Both the position numbers and the translations under genes were made by a program. Positions 19,474 to 29,055 of a DNA stretch of 64,000 nucleotides are shown one piece after another; the stretch's first letter is position 1, and each line of letters begins with the position of its first letter. Below the pieces are notes generated by a model. It was not told the origin of the DNA. It saw nothing but the letters and a program-made list of their open reading frames with translations, and did not search any database. The DNA is from an uncultured bacterium (GTDB lineage Bacteria > Oederibacteriota > Oederibacteriia > Oederibacteriales > Oederibacteriaceae): assembly GCA_965112635.1 (NCBI GenBank), contig OZ218778.1:832001-896000 (forward strand), in the 5' to 3' direction.

Positions 19474-20376
19474 CTATCCAAACCTGCCGGTGATATAAGC
19501 TTCGGTGCGTTTGTCCTGGGGAGTGGTGAACAGAATATCTGTCTTGTCAAATTCAATGAGCTGACCCATGAGCATAAAACCGGTCTTGTTGGAGACCCGG
19601 GCGGCCTGCTGCATGTTATGGGTGACGATGACGATGGTGTAGTTGGTCCGCAGTTCGTGCAGCAACTCTTCGATCTTTCCGGTCGAGATAGGGTCCAGGG
19701 CGGAGCAAGGCTCATCCATCAGGATCACTTCAGGTTCGATAGCCAGGGCCCGGGCCACGCAGAGGCGCTGCTGCTGGCCTCCGGAAAGGGCCAGCCCCGG
19801 CTTATTAAGAATATCTTTCACTTCTTCCCAAAGGGCCGCTTTGCGCAGACTTTGCTCCACGACGTCGTCGAGCTTTTTGTCCGAGGCCAGGCCGTTCAAG
19901 CGCAGTCCCACCGCGACATTTTCATAGATGGACATCGTGGGAAATGGGCTCGGCTTTTGGAAGACCATGCCGATACGGCGGCGGACCGTTACAGGGTCCA
20001 CGGATGCCCCAAAAATGCTTTTGCCGTCAAAGATGATGTCGCCTTTAAGGGTAGCGCCCGGGATGGTTTCGTGCATGCGGTTGATGCAGCGGATCAAGGT
20101 GGATTTGCCGCATCCGGAAGGGCCGATCAAGGCGGTGATCTCTCTTTCCCTAATATCCATATTTACAGAGAACAGGGCTTGTTTGGAACCGAACCAAGCG
20201 GATAGCCCGTCGATCTTAATTTTTATCTCCGCGGCCGGATTTTCCAGCTGTTCGCCTGTTTTTTCGACCGGTATTTTGACCGTTAATGTTTCCTTGGTAT
20301 TGTCCATAGGTCCTTCCTTTGGCAAGGCATTGAGGGGCTCCTTTGTCCCGACTTTATCGACCACATTGGTTTCCAT
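19474..20376 (-). CDS. pstB: Phosphate ABC transporter ATPase, canonical motifs
   Basis: [44 protein letters not shown]. Confidence 0.95.
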   Translation of the reverse strand: METNVVDKVGTKEPLNALPKEGPMDNTKETLTVKIPVEKTGEQLENPAAEIKIKIDGLSAWFGSKQALFSVNMDIREREITALIGPSGCGKSTLIRCINRMHETIPGATLKGDIIFDGKSIFGASVDPVTVRRRIGMVFQKPSPFPTMSIYENVAVGLRLNGLASDKKLDDVVEQSLRKAALWEEVKDILNKPGLALSGGQQQRLCVARALAIEPEVILMDEPCSALDPISTGKIEELLHELRTNYTIVIVTHNMQQAARVSNKTGFMLMGQLIEFDKTDILFTTPQDKRTEAYITGRFG

Positions 20377-20388
20377 ATTTTTCCTTTT

Positions 20389-21240
20389 CTAAGCGCGTAT
20401 GTATTTAGCTCTTTTGAAAATCGTCCGGGCAATAAGATTGATCGTTATAACGAGGATCAAAAGGACCAAAGCGCCGCTCCAAGCCTGGGCGTGCCATTCA
20501 TTAAATGGAGAGATGGCGTAAGAGTAAACCTGGACCGTCAGCGAGGCGGTTGGCTGCAAAGCGGAAGACCAGAACTGGTTGTTAAAAGCCGTGAACAACA
20601 GAGGGGCGGTTTCGCCGCCAACCCTGGCGATAGAAAGCAGAATACCGGTCAAGATGCCGCTCCAGGCTGTTCTTACCACCACACTAAGAATGACCTTCCA
20701 ACGGGGGACTCCCAGAGCCAGGGCCGATTCGCGGACCGAATTAGGGACCAGTTTGATGAGCTCTTCGGTAGTCCTGGCCATGATGGGCACCATCATAAAG
20801 CTAAGCGCCAAGCCGCCCGCAAGCCCGGAAAAATGCCCCAGAGTCCTGACCGCCCAGGCATAGGTGACGATGCCGGTCACGATGGAGGGGACCCCGGAAA
20901 GCACATTGGAGGTGAACCTGACCAGGAACGCAAAGCGGCTTTCTTTGCCGAATTCCGCCATATAGATACCGGACAATACGCCACAAGGGATGCCAATAAC
21001 ACTGGCAATGAACAGGATGGTCAGGGAACCTACTATGGCGTTGGCCATCCCGCCTCCCGGGGTTCCGACCGGCACAGGCAAATGGGTGATAAAGGCCCAG
21101 TCCAAGCGGCCCCATCCCTGGATGACGATGTAGGTGATCAGGCTGGCTAGGGGCAAAAGGACTATCACGCAGGCCAGGCCGCAGAGAAAAACCATCAGGC
21201 GGTCCAGCAATCTCCGGCGTGCCGCTAAATTGGAGTTCAT
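20389..21240 (-). CDS. pstA: Phosphate ABC transporter permease PstA
   Basis: GGMANAIVGS, LSGVPSIV, RESALALGVPRW, ARVGGETAPLLFT. Confidence 0.95.
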   Translation of the reverse strand: MNSNLAARRRLLDRLMVFLCGLACVIVLLPLASLITYIVIQGWGRLDWAFITHLPVPVGTPGGGMANAIVGSLTILFIASVIGIPCGVLSGIYMAEFGKESRFAFLVRFTSNVLSGVPSIVTGIVTYAWAVRTLGHFSGLAGGLALSFMMVPIMARTTEELIKLVPNSVRESALALGVPRWKVILSVVVRTAWSGILTGILLSIARVGGETAPLLFTAFNNQFWSSALQPTASLTVQVYSYAISPFNEWHAQAWSGALVLLILVITINLIARTIFKRAKYIRA

Positions 21241-22250
21241 GCGGCCCCCTTTGCGGATTGTTGAAATTGCCGGGAGGTCAGCCAGATTAGCATATGAGCG
21301 GCGACGTTCAAAATAAGCGTGATGACCATCAGAAGCAGGCCGATCTCGATAAGAGAGGAAAGATAAAGATTACCGGTGGCTTCGCTGAACTCATTGGCGA
21401 TAACGCTGGCCATACTATGGGCCGGGGCCAGCAGGTTGGGGGAAACCTGGGCTTTGTTGCCGATGACCATGGCGACCGCCATGGTCTCTCCCAGGGCCCG
21501 GCCAAGGGCTAGCATGATCGCTCCAAGCATCCCGGGTTTGGAAGGTTTTAAAACCGCGATCCTGATCATCTCCCAGCGGGTCGTCCCCAGAGCCAACGCG
21601 GATTCCCGCATGGTGTTGGGGACGGTTTCAAAAACCTCGCGTGAGATGGAAACGATAGTAGGCACGATCATGATGGCCAGGATAATGCCGGCTGTAAAAA
21701 GAGAAAGTCCGATAGCCGGTGCGGCAAAGAAGGGTTTGCCGATCCATTGGATAAGAAAAGGACTGACGTGGACCCGTAAAAAGGGCGCTAAAGCGAAAAT
21801 ACCCCACAGGCCATACACCACGCTGGGAATGGCGACCAGGGTTTCGACGAGAAAGGCCAGCGGCTGACGCAGGGGATAGGGCGACAATTCGGTCAGAAAA
21901 AGCGCCACGCAAAGCCCGAGCGGCACAGCCAAAAGAAGGGCCAAAAGAGAAGAGGCGACCGTACCATAAACATAAGGCAGAGCCCCGAAAAGCTCTTTGA
22001 CGGGGTCCCAAGCGGAGCTGAACAGAAAGCCAAAACCAAATTTTTGGACAGCCGGCCAGGCTGAAATGCAAAGCTGCACGGTCATGGCCAGGGCCAGGGC
22101 CAGGATCAAAAGGGCAAAAAAACCGGTGGCAAATCGAAAAATACGGTCCGCCAGGCCTTGTTTGTTGACCCATGAAACCAATGAAAAGAGCGGGAAGGGT
22201 TGTTCGCCCTTCCCGCCCTCTTTTTTTGACACCATTACAGAAGCACTCAC
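21237..22250 (-). CDS. pstC: Phosphate ABC transporter permease PstC
   Basis: WDPV..FGALP, IPSVVYGLWG, ALGTTRWE, GRALGETMAV, IANEFSEA. Confidence 0.95.
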   Translation of the reverse strand: MSASVMVSKKEGGKGEQPFPLFSLVSWVNKQGLADRIFRFATGFFALLILALALAMTVQLCISAWPAVQKFGFGFLFSSAWDPVKELFGALPYVYGTVASSLLALLLAVPLGLCVALFLTELSPYPLRQPLAFLVETLVAIPSVVYGLWGIFALAPFLRVHVSPFLIQWIGKPFFAAPAIGLSLFTAGIILAIMIVPTIVSISREVFETVPNTMRESALALGTTRWEMIRIAVLKPSKPGMLGAIMLALGRALGETMAVAMVIGNKAQVSPNLLAPAHSMASVIANEFSEATGNLYLSSLIEIGLLLMVITLILNVAAHMLIWLTSRQFQQSAKGAA

Positions 22251-22275
22251 CCTTCGTTCCTTTTAAAACAAGGTC

Positions 22276-23310
22276 TTAGTACTTGATCTCGGCTATCTTT
22301 GCTTTTACTTTGGCCACCAGAGAGTCGGGCAGGGGGGCATAATACAGATCTTTTTCCATGCTCATCCCCTTGTCCATAGCCCAGTTCAGATAGCTCACAA
22401 CCGCTTCGCCAATATTGTGGTCCGAGTACTTGGCATAGACCAAGATCCAGGTAAACCCGGCGATCGGGTAGGAATTCTGGCCCGGTGCGTTGGTGAACAT
22501 GATCTTAAAATTCGAGGGCATGTGCGCCAGGGCGCCTGCAGCCGCCTCCGTCACATTATCAATGGTCGCGTCCGGATAGTTGCCGGCACGGTTGCGGATA
22601 CGTGCGTAAGACAGCTTGTTCTGGAGCGCGTAGGCCAGTTCGATATAGCCCAGAGTCCCAGGGACCTGGGTGATGACCCCGGCCACCCCGTCATTACCTT
22701 TGCCGCCGACCCCGACCGGCCAGTTGACCGCGGTGCCATAACCCGCGGTAGAAGCCCATTTGGTGCTCACTTTGGTCAGGTAGTTGGTGAAAATATTGGT
22801 CGTTCCGCTGCCGTCAGAGCGATGGGCCACGTTGATGGCCATATCCGGGAGGTTCATGCCCGGATTAAGGCTCACGAGGGCTTCATCGTTCCATTTGGTG
22901 ATGTTGCCGAGGAAAATATCGGCCAGCACTTTGGGGGTCATCTTGATGCCATCCGCAACTCCCGGCAGGTTGTAGGCCAGGACCACGGCGCCCATAGCTG
23001 CAGGAAGGTGGAATACCGCTTCCCCAACGGCTTTTTCCTGTTCGTCAGTCATATAGGCATCGGTCCCCGCGAAGTTGACGGTGTGGTTGGTCAATTGCTG
23101 GATACCGCCTCCGGAACCAATGGCCTGGTAGTTGATCTGCACACTGGTGTCTTTGTTGTACTCATAACCCCACTTTTGATAGAGGGGAGCAGGAAAAGTA
23201 GCTCCCGCCCCATTGAGCGACACTCCCGCGAAACCCAGGGAGCAGGTCACGATCACGGCCGTGAGGCCCAGGGCTACACCTGCCGCGCCTTTCTTGATTA
23301 AGTTCAACAT
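22276..23310 (-). CDS. pstS: Phosphate ABC transporter substrate-binding protein (E. coli PstS type)
   Basis: GAGATFPAPLY, NYQAIGSGGG, HRSDGSGTT, GKGNDGVA, YPIAGFTW. Confidence 0.96.
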   Translation of the reverse strand: MLNLIKKGAAGVALGLTAVIVTCSLGFAGVSLNGAGATFPAPLYQKWGYEYNKDTSVQINYQAIGSGGGIQQLTNHTVNFAGTDAYMTDEQEKAVGEAVFHLPAAMGAVVLAYNLPGVADGIKMTPKVLADIFLGNITKWNDEALVSLNPGMNLPDMAINVAHRSDGSGTTNIFTNYLTKVSTKWASTAGYGTAVNWPVGVGGKGNDGVAGVITQVPGTLGYIELAYALQNKLSYARIRNRAGNYPDATIDNVTEAAAGALAHMPSNFKIMFTNAPGQNSYPIAGFTWILVYAKYSDHNIGEAVVSYLNWAMDKGMSMEKDLYYAPLPDSLVAKVKAKIAEIKY

Positions 23311-23344
23311 TTTTTCAATCCTCCGATTTGATCAAATTTTTTAA

Positions 23345-24907
23345 CTAGAAGCGATAACGGGTGCCGATGGTATAGAGCGAAGTCTGGCTGATACCGCTTG
23401 TGGCGAACATACCGGCTGCTGTGGAGCTGCCAGCGCTGACTTTGCTGACACCCGCCGAAGTGGTTCCCGTGGAACCGGCCACCGAGCCGCCATCCAGGGC
23501 GCCAGAGAGGTTGCTGTAGCCATAGCAGATATATATATCGCTTTTTTTGCTGAGGTAATAATCAGCAGTGAATAAATAGGTATCACGCACTCCGGAGTCA
23601 CCCTCGTTGATGACATTGCCGGCGAAATCGTTGTAGTAGGAGCAGATGAACTCCCATTCCGTGACCGGTATATATTTGATGGAAGCGTTGATGACCTGGT
23701 CAAAACGATCCTGGGCCGGTGCAGAGGTCTCAGAGTTGGCATTAGCAATGGTGTCTCCGGTGTTAGTGCTGGCGCTACTGGTCACAGCAGCGTAGGATGA
23801 ACCCGGGACCATCTGATCGCCGGTGATGTTCATAAAACCACGGTCAAAGTTGGACTGCATATAGAAACCGTAGAGCTGGATCATGGCGGGCTGAGAGCCG
23901 AGGAGCTGGCCTTTCTGGTCCAGCAGGTTGCATACCATGGCTCCGGCTTCATCATAGTGGTTATGCATGGCGCCGTCATTCTCGTTCTGGAAAGCCGCCA
24001 CGAGTTTGGTCTGCATGGGGTCGCAGTTGTAAGTCAGGCTGGCCGCATACATGCAGTTCCCGTTCAGGTCGCCCGCGGGATTGCCGAACGCGTAATCAGC
24101 GCCGACGATGAACCCGAACCAGTTGCTGCTGATATATTTGACCGACTCATCCCAGCGCAGTCCCGAATAGTTCAGGAAAAAGGTGTTTTCCTCACCATTG
24201 GTGCCGCCGTAGTTGCCCGCTGTATTGCCGCTGCCGGTGGGTTTGAATAAGACCAAGTTGCCGTGGTTGACACCGAACACGTCGCCGAGCCCGATGGCGT
24301 CAGCAAGAGTCCCGTAGGTGCGGCCCATGGTGAGCTGACCCAGGACTGTGTTGTCCAGGCCTACCCAGGCTTGACGGCCGAATAGCTGGCCCTGCTGATC
24401 AATGGCGCCGGTGCCGGGATACAGACCGCCTTCAAGGGTGGCGATAGCTTTGGTGCCATTGCCGACATTTTCCACTGCCCTAATACCCCAGCGGCTGCCT
24501 TGAAAAACGCCTTGTCCGATATCTGTCCTTATTTGGCCGGTCCCCGAATTGGTTATGTCACCACCCCCAACTGATACACCGCCTTTTCCATTGGCGTATG
24601 GATACCCCATGTTCGTGGATGAGGCCACGTTGGAGTCGATTACGCCGTAGATGGAAATACCTTTTAAAATATCTTCGGTGGCGCTTACCCTCTTGGTCAT
24701 ATCGCCAAGCGCCATGCCGACCTCTGCTTTATAGTCATCCAGGCTGGCCTGCAAGTCCGTGTCACTTGGCTTGGCCATATCCTGGGCTGAGACTGCCATC
24801 ACTGTGCCCATGGTCGCGAGCGCCACGAGCATCATCAGAAGCGCCAGGGTTCCTTTCTTGAGAATTTTTGAGGCTGAAGATTGAAACCATTTCTTTTTCT
24901 GACTCAT
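23345..24907 (-). CDS. Outer-membrane porin (Gram-negative general porin family), first gene of pst operon 2
   Basis: Signal peptide, SIYGVID, SRWGIR, LFGRQAWVGL, LTMGR, YYLSKKSDIY, C-terminal Phe (YRF). Confidence 0.82.
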   Translation of the reverse strand: MSQKKKWFQSSASKILKKGTLALLMMLVALATMGTVMAVSAQDMAKPSDTDLQASLDDYKAEVGMALGDMTKRVSATEDILKGISIYGVIDSNVASSTNMGYPYANGKGGVSVGGGDITNSGTGQIRTDIGQGVFQGSRWGIRAVENVGNGTKAIATLEGGLYPGTGAIDQQGQLFGRQAWVGLDNTVLGQLTMGRTYGTLADAIGLGDVFGVNHGNLVLFKPTGSGNTAGNYGGTNGEENTFFLNYSGLRWDESVKYISSNWFGFIVGADYAFGNPAGDLNGNCMYAASLTYNCDPMQTKLVAAFQNENDGAMHNHYDEAGAMVCNLLDQKGQLLGSQPAMIQLYGFYMQSNFDRGFMNITGDQMVPGSSYAAVTSSASTNTGDTIANANSETSAPAQDRFDQVINASIKYIPVTEWEFICSYYNDFAGNVINEGDSGVRDTYLFTADYYLSKKSDIYICYGYSNLSGALDGGSVAGSTGTTSAGVSKVSAGSSTAAGMFATSGISQTSLYTIGTRYRF

Positions 24908-24938
24908 TGTTTCCCTCCTTGGTTAAAATTTTGCTGTA

Positions 24939-24992
24939 AGGTTATCTCCAGACAGTTAGGTTTTTGTTAGAGAACGGTTAAATGCTTGTAAA
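24939..24992 (-). promoter_or_regulatory. Pho-box-like array plus -10 element upstream of the porin-pst operon
   Basis: The - strand reads TTTAC-aagcat-TTAAC-cgttct-CTAAC-aaaaac-CTAAC (11-bp period), then TAACCT. Confidence 0.75.
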
Positions 24993-25006
24993 CAAAAACT
25001 GATCTT

Positions 25007-26038
25007 TTATTCTGCTTTTTCCTCCTTTCCATCGTTGGTGTCCAGATAAGAGGCCGCAAATCCCTCGATACGGTTTTTTCCCTGTTTTTTTGCCTGATAT
25101 AAACGCTGGTCCGCTTCCTGGAATATCTGTTTGGCGTGGGTATGGGAGGGAAGCCATTTGCTGACCCCTCCGGAAAGCGTCAGGGAATAAATACTGCCGT
25201 TGACGACAAAAACGGCTTTTTCAATCTCTCTACGGATCAATTCCCCCAAAATATAGGCTTTACGGAGACCGCAGTCGGGGAGGAGCACCAAGAATTCATC
25301 CCCTCCATAGCGCACCGGAATGTCCGCGTGCCTCACGTGTTTTTGGATCAGCTTACCCACTTTAAGGAGAGCTTCGTCGCCCGCAGAGTGGCCGTAAAGG
25401 TCGTTGATCTTTTTAAAATCGTCAATATCCAGGAGCAGGAGAGACATGTTCCCGCCGTATTGCCGGATCTTGACGAATTCGGTTTCCAGGGCCTGGTCAA
25501 AAATGTGACGGGTAAAAAGACCGGTCAGGGAGTCGACCTCGGCGATCTTCGTGGCCTCGGCCAGCTTGGTCTGTTCTCTCAGAAGCTGGCTCCTAGAAGC
25601 CTCTAAAATGTCCGTCTGGCTAATCAGTCCCGCAAGTTCCTGCTGAGGACTGACGACAAGTAAATAACGGACATTTTCGCCTCTGATCCTGTCAAAAGCC
25701 GTATGAATGCTTTCCTGAGGTTGTATGGTGGCGGCTTTTTCGAGGATATTTTGGAGGGGTATCTCATGATCCAGCATCACCGCCATGCATTTGATCAGAA
25801 GCTGGTCTGTGATCACCCCCAGAAGAGCGGAGCCTTCGACCACAGGCAGGCAGCCGATGCGGTATTGCATCATCAAACGAAGCGCGTCGACGATCCTGTC
25901 ATGGGGAGAAACCGTGATAACAGTCCGCGTCATGTAAAAGCCGATAGTTTCTTCTTCTATCATTATGGGCGTCAAAGGTGCGTGTTCGGAGGGCTTTATT
26001 CCTATGGGTAATTCCTTTGGTTTTGTAATGGTATTCAT
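25007..26038 (-). CDS. CBS-pair plus GGDEF diguanylate cyclase
   Basis: CBS motifs (MTRTVITVSP, IGCLPVV, GLISQTDIL), DSLTGL, RHAD I-site, RYGGDEF. Start placed at MNTITK. Confidence 0.9.
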   Translation of the reverse strand: MNTITKPKELPIGIKPSEHAPLTPIMIEEETIGFYMTRTVITVSPHDRIVDALRLMMQYRIGCLPVVEGSALLGVITDQLLIKCMAVMLDHEIPLQNILEKAATIQPQESIHTAFDRIRGENVRYLLVVSPQQELAGLISQTDILEASRSQLLREQTKLAEATKIAEVDSLTGLFTRHIFDQALETEFVKIRQYGGNMSLLLLDIDDFKKINDLYGHSAGDEALLKVGKLIQKHVRHADIPVRYGGDEFLVLLPDCGLRKAYILGELIRREIEKAVFVVNGSIYSLTLSGGVSKWLPSHTHAKQIFQEADQRLYQAKKQGKNRIEGFAASYLDTNDGKEEKAE

Positions 26039-26093
26039 ACTTTGTGGCCTTTCTTTCCAAGGTTCTGGAATCAATCTCTTCATTGCGCCAGGA

Positions 26094-26147
26094 AACATAC
26101 CGCCCGGAGGTTAGGAAGAGGCGAGAAATGGATTAGATTATTATTAC
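26094..26147 (-). promoter_or_regulatory. Pho-box-like array plus -10 element upstream of the CBS-GGDEF gene
   Basis: The - strand reads GTAAT-aataat-CTAAT-ccattt-CTCGC-ctcttc-CTAAC (11-bp period), then TATGTT. Confidence 0.6.
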
Positions 26148-26361
26148 TGGCAAGAAAACCACAGGCTGAAAGAGTAAGCCTGTGGCAGTTTATGTGGTAT
26201 TGGAGTTCTGAGGGGGAAAGAGTAAACTAATAGAAACACCTCCGCCCCAAGGGGCAGGGTATTTAAGTAAAGGAAAGGACCGTCACGCCCGCGGTGGAGC
26301 GGAACACCACTAGAGGATGAAAGAGAACTAAAATAAAAAATCAACTGACTGGAGCTGCAGA

Positions 26362-26529
26362 GTGAATAAATTAAGAAGGTACATAGTAAAAAAGAAGGGC
26401 TGGGTCTGGCTGGTCGAGGAAAAAGGCCTGATGATCAGGGTCATCAAAACCATCAAGGCAGGAGAAAAAGTGGAAGGTTACGTGCAAAGGCATAAACCCA
26501 ATCGGCGGAAACATAAGGTTTTGAGGTAA
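26362..26529 (+). CDS. Small basic hypothetical protein, 55 aa (absent from the ORF track)
   Basis: GGAG, then GTG start: MNKLRRYIVKKKGWVWLVEEKGLMIRVIKTIKAGEKVEGYVQRHKPNRRKHKVLR*. Confidence 0.5.
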   Translation: MNKLRRYIVKKKGWVWLVEEKGLMIRVIKTIKAGEKVEGYVQRHKPNRRKHKVLR

Positions 26530-26576
26530 TTTTATACGCTCGGGATGCGAGCGACAGAAAAAGAAGGAGGAGAGAC

Positions 26577-26852
26577 ATGGCAATAGAAAAAAAGATAAGG
26601 ACCGTGAGGCATACTTTTACCCTCAATTGGAAAGGCGCGAAACAGGTCAAGGTCACCGGGAGTTTTAACAGCTGGGACAAGAACGGGATCCCCATGGCGG
26701 CTCAGGGAGGCAATTGGACCGCGTCCGTGGACCTGGCGCCGGGAAGGTATGAGTATAAATATATCGTGGACGGGAAATGGCACGCTGACCCGGCCGCAGA
26801 ACGGGTCTGGAACGACCAGGGCTCGGAAAATTCAGTGTTAAATATCAAATAA
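26577..26852 (+). CDS. Stand-alone glycogen-binding (AMPK-beta/CBM48-like) domain protein
   Basis: AKQVKVTGSFNSW, WTASVDLAPGRYEYKYIVDGKWHADP, NSVL; strong RBS AAGGAGG. Confidence 0.88.
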   Translation: MAIEKKIRTVRHTFTLNWKGAKQVKVTGSFNSWDKNGIPMAAQGGNWTASVDLAPGRYEYKYIVDGKWHADPAAERVWNDQGSENSVLNIK

Positions 26853-26875
26853 TAATATTTTTTGCCTGGTTTTGG

Positions 26876-26912
26876 CCCCTCTTGTGCATCACAAGAGGGG
26901 TTTTTGTTTTTT
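26876..26912 (+). terminator. Rho-independent terminator
   Basis: CCCCTCTTGTG-cat-CACAAGAGGGG followed by TTTTTGTTTTTT. Confidence 0.85.
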
Positions 26913-26982
26913 AGAGTTCACTGGGGTGGAGACAATTTTAGGCGGGAGTTAAGGGCCTAACGGTTGTGTTTGGGGACCCTTG

Positions 26983-28179
26983 CTACGGAGCGCGGGCCGG
27001 CACATATTCAGCAGCGCCAATATCAGGTTTCGGTTTTCTGGGATGCCTGTCAAAATCCTCTTTGACCTCAGCCAGGTTGACCCCTTTTCCCAGCGCTTCC
27101 AGGGCAAAAGAAGTCAAATGAAGGTCGCCCTTTCTGGGATTAACGAAATAATTGGTAGGAGCAGGCGAGAAATTATTGGCGCCCTCGCACCCCGCTATGA
27201 GCTCGATTTTCCCGCGGACGAGATTATCGGCTATCTTGGCGTCAGAGACCAGTTCTATGCACCGGATGCCGCGGCCCTTGGGATCAGGCCTCCAGCAGGT
27301 GTTGCCGTAGACCCTGATATGCTTGGCCCAGGCCAGCTCAATGGCGCTGTCCGCCTGGTTGGCGATGAAATTGTTGCGGCAGATCGAGTCCGCCACGTGG
27401 TTGGCCGCGTCATTGGAGGAGCCGCTGGGGTTGCCAAAGGCGATGCCCCGGTCGCACCCGATGATGGTATTGCGTTCCACCACGACATTCCGCGAATGGA
27501 CCCAGATAAAAATAGCGGCCCGGCCCCCGCCGCTAGCGCCCTTGATATTGACGAATTTGTTGTCGCAAAAAGTCCATCCGTCCAGGCACATCATATCTAT
27601 CCCGGCGATATAGTTGCCCTGGTTGAACCAGTCGCTCCGGGGGACCTTGTCGCTTTTATTCTCAAAATAACAGTTCCTGACCGACCCCCCTACGGCCATT
27701 TCATGGCTGGATGAGGCGGTCCCCTTGATATGCCTAACCCCTATGTTCAGGAAACGGCAGTTCAGGATGTTGATGTTCCGGGGCTTGGTTTGCGCGTAGA
27801 TCTTGATGCCGAAATCCTGCGCCTCCTCGAAAGAAAGCGCCTCCACGGTGACATTGGTGCAGGCCTGTATCCACAAAATATCGTTGTTCTTGATCCTCTT
27901 GTAAAAACCCTGTCCCCGGAGAACGGCTTTTTTGGGGTCCTGGGAAGCGCTCCTCAGGACGATATTTTTAGCGTTTTCGAGCCAAAGGAAACGCTTGAGC
28001 TGGTATACGCCGTCAGCCAGGACAATTTCATCCCCGTTTTGGACATGGTCGATGGCGCTGACCAGTCCGGGCACATCCTTGACCTGCACCAGGCGATGGG
28101 GCTGGCCGCAGGACAGCAAAGCAATGCCGGCTATCACCAGGCCGCCACCTATCAGTTCCCCAATTTGGACTACGGTCAT
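26983..28179 (-). CDS. Right-handed parallel beta-helix (pectin-lyase-like) protein, possible lipoprotein
   Basis: GDEIVLADGVY, repeated N/C-stacked beta strands, DLHL...ALGKG...D.D..PR...PDIGAAE tail, LLSC lipobox-like. Start placed at MTVVQ after AAGGAAGG. Confidence 0.75.
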   Translation of the reverse strand: MTVVQIGELIGGGLVIAGIALLSCGQPHRLVQVKDVPGLVSAIDHVQNGDEIVLADGVYQLKRFLWLENAKNIVLRSASQDPKKAVLRGQGFYKRIKNNDILWIQACTNVTVEALSFEEAQDFGIKIYAQTKPRNINILNCRFLNIGVRHIKGTASSSHEMAVGGSVRNCYFENKSDKVPRSDWFNQGNYIAGIDMMCLDGWTFCDNKFVNIKGASGGGRAAIFIWVHSRNVVVERNTIIGCDRGIAFGNPSGSSNDAANHVADSICRNNFIANQADSAIELAWAKHIRVYGNTCWRPDPKGRGIRCIELVSDAKIADNLVRGKIELIAGCEGANNFSPAPTNYFVNPRKGDLHLTSFALEALGKGVNLAEVKEDFDRHPRKPKPDIGAAEYVPARAP

Positions 28180-28391
28180 AAACCTATACCTTCCTTTGGA
28201 AAGCAGTCTACGCCACTTGACCCAAAACACAAGGGCGGGAAGCGCAGGATGCTCCCATTTTCTCATTGTCTGGGTATCTCTACATAAAGGATTATTGTAG
28301 ATACCCGTTGAGTATCCATTCAGGATACTCAACCAATTTAGAAAATGCGAAAATGACAATTCTGACTTCATTAAGGACAGGTAGGGGGGAC

Positions 28392-28428
28392 TTGACGGAA
28401 CCCATAAAATGTATATGATAGATATACA
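28392..28428 (+). promoter_or_regulatory. TA operon promoter with an overlapping inverted-repeat operator
   Basis: TTGACG-16-TATGAT; TGTATAT-N5-ATATACA palindrome over the -10. Confidence 0.6.
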
Positions 28429-28448
28429 GATTAGGAAAGGGGTGTTTT

Positions 28449-28688
28449 ATGGAAGCTAATGTAGTGGATTTGCGGTACAAGATGAACAAGGTGCTCAAAG
28501 CCCTGGACAGGCGTGAGGAAGTGAACCTCCTGTTCCATGGAAAATTGAAGGGAACGATCTATCCTAACCGGACCTCCCATGAACTCAAGGTCAAGGAGTC
28601 CGCTTTTTATGGGATGCTGAAACATGACCGCCGGCCGGTCCAGGATGTGATGGAAAGCCTCAGGGGGGGCCGACACCATGCTCTTTGA
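28449..28688 (+). CDS. Type II antitoxin, Phd/YefM-like
   Basis: MEANVVDLRYKMNKVLKALDRREEV...HGK; overlaps the PIN toxin gene. Confidence 0.8.
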   Translation: MEANVVDLRYKMNKVLKALDRREEVNLLFHGKLKGTIYPNRTSHELKVKESAFYGMLKHDRRPVQDVMESLRGGRHHAL

Positions 28689-29055
28689 TACGGATATGTT
28701 CATCTGGGTCCAGCGCGGGAACACTCGCGCCGCCCAGGTTATAGATGCCGCCCCGGAGAGGTTTTTATCGGTCCAGACCTACCTGGAACTCCTGCAGGGA
28801 GCCGGGGACCGCCAGCAGCAGAAGCAGGTCAAGCGGTTCCTCTCGGAGTATTCGTTCATCATCCTCCCTTTGAGCGCCAATATCGGACATCGCGCCGCTA
28901 TCTACATCGAAGAATACGGCCTTTCATCCGGTTTGAGGGCCGGGGACGCGCTTATCGCCGCGACAGCCGTTGAAAACGATATGGTTCTTGTCACTTCGAA
29001 TGGCAGGCACTTGCAACCGATCCATGACCTTGAGCTAAAAATATTCAAACCCTAA
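28678..29055 (+). CDS. vapC: Type II toxin, VapC PIN-domain ribonuclease
   Basis: LFDTD, SVQTYLELLQG, DALIAATA, LVTSN..H. Confidence 0.9.
   Translation: MLFDTDMFIWVQRGNTRAAQVIDAAPERFLSVQTYLELLQGAGDRQQQKQVKRFLSEYSFIILPLSANIGHRAAIYIEEYGLSSGLRAGDALIAATAVENDMVLVTSNGRHLQPIHDLELKIFKP

Noticed and set aside
26160-26360. Riboswitch (e.g. c-di-GMP) in the intergenic region near the CBS-GGDEF gene
   Set aside because: Only short hairpins are present, with no recognisable aptamer consensus. An Rfam scan would be needed.
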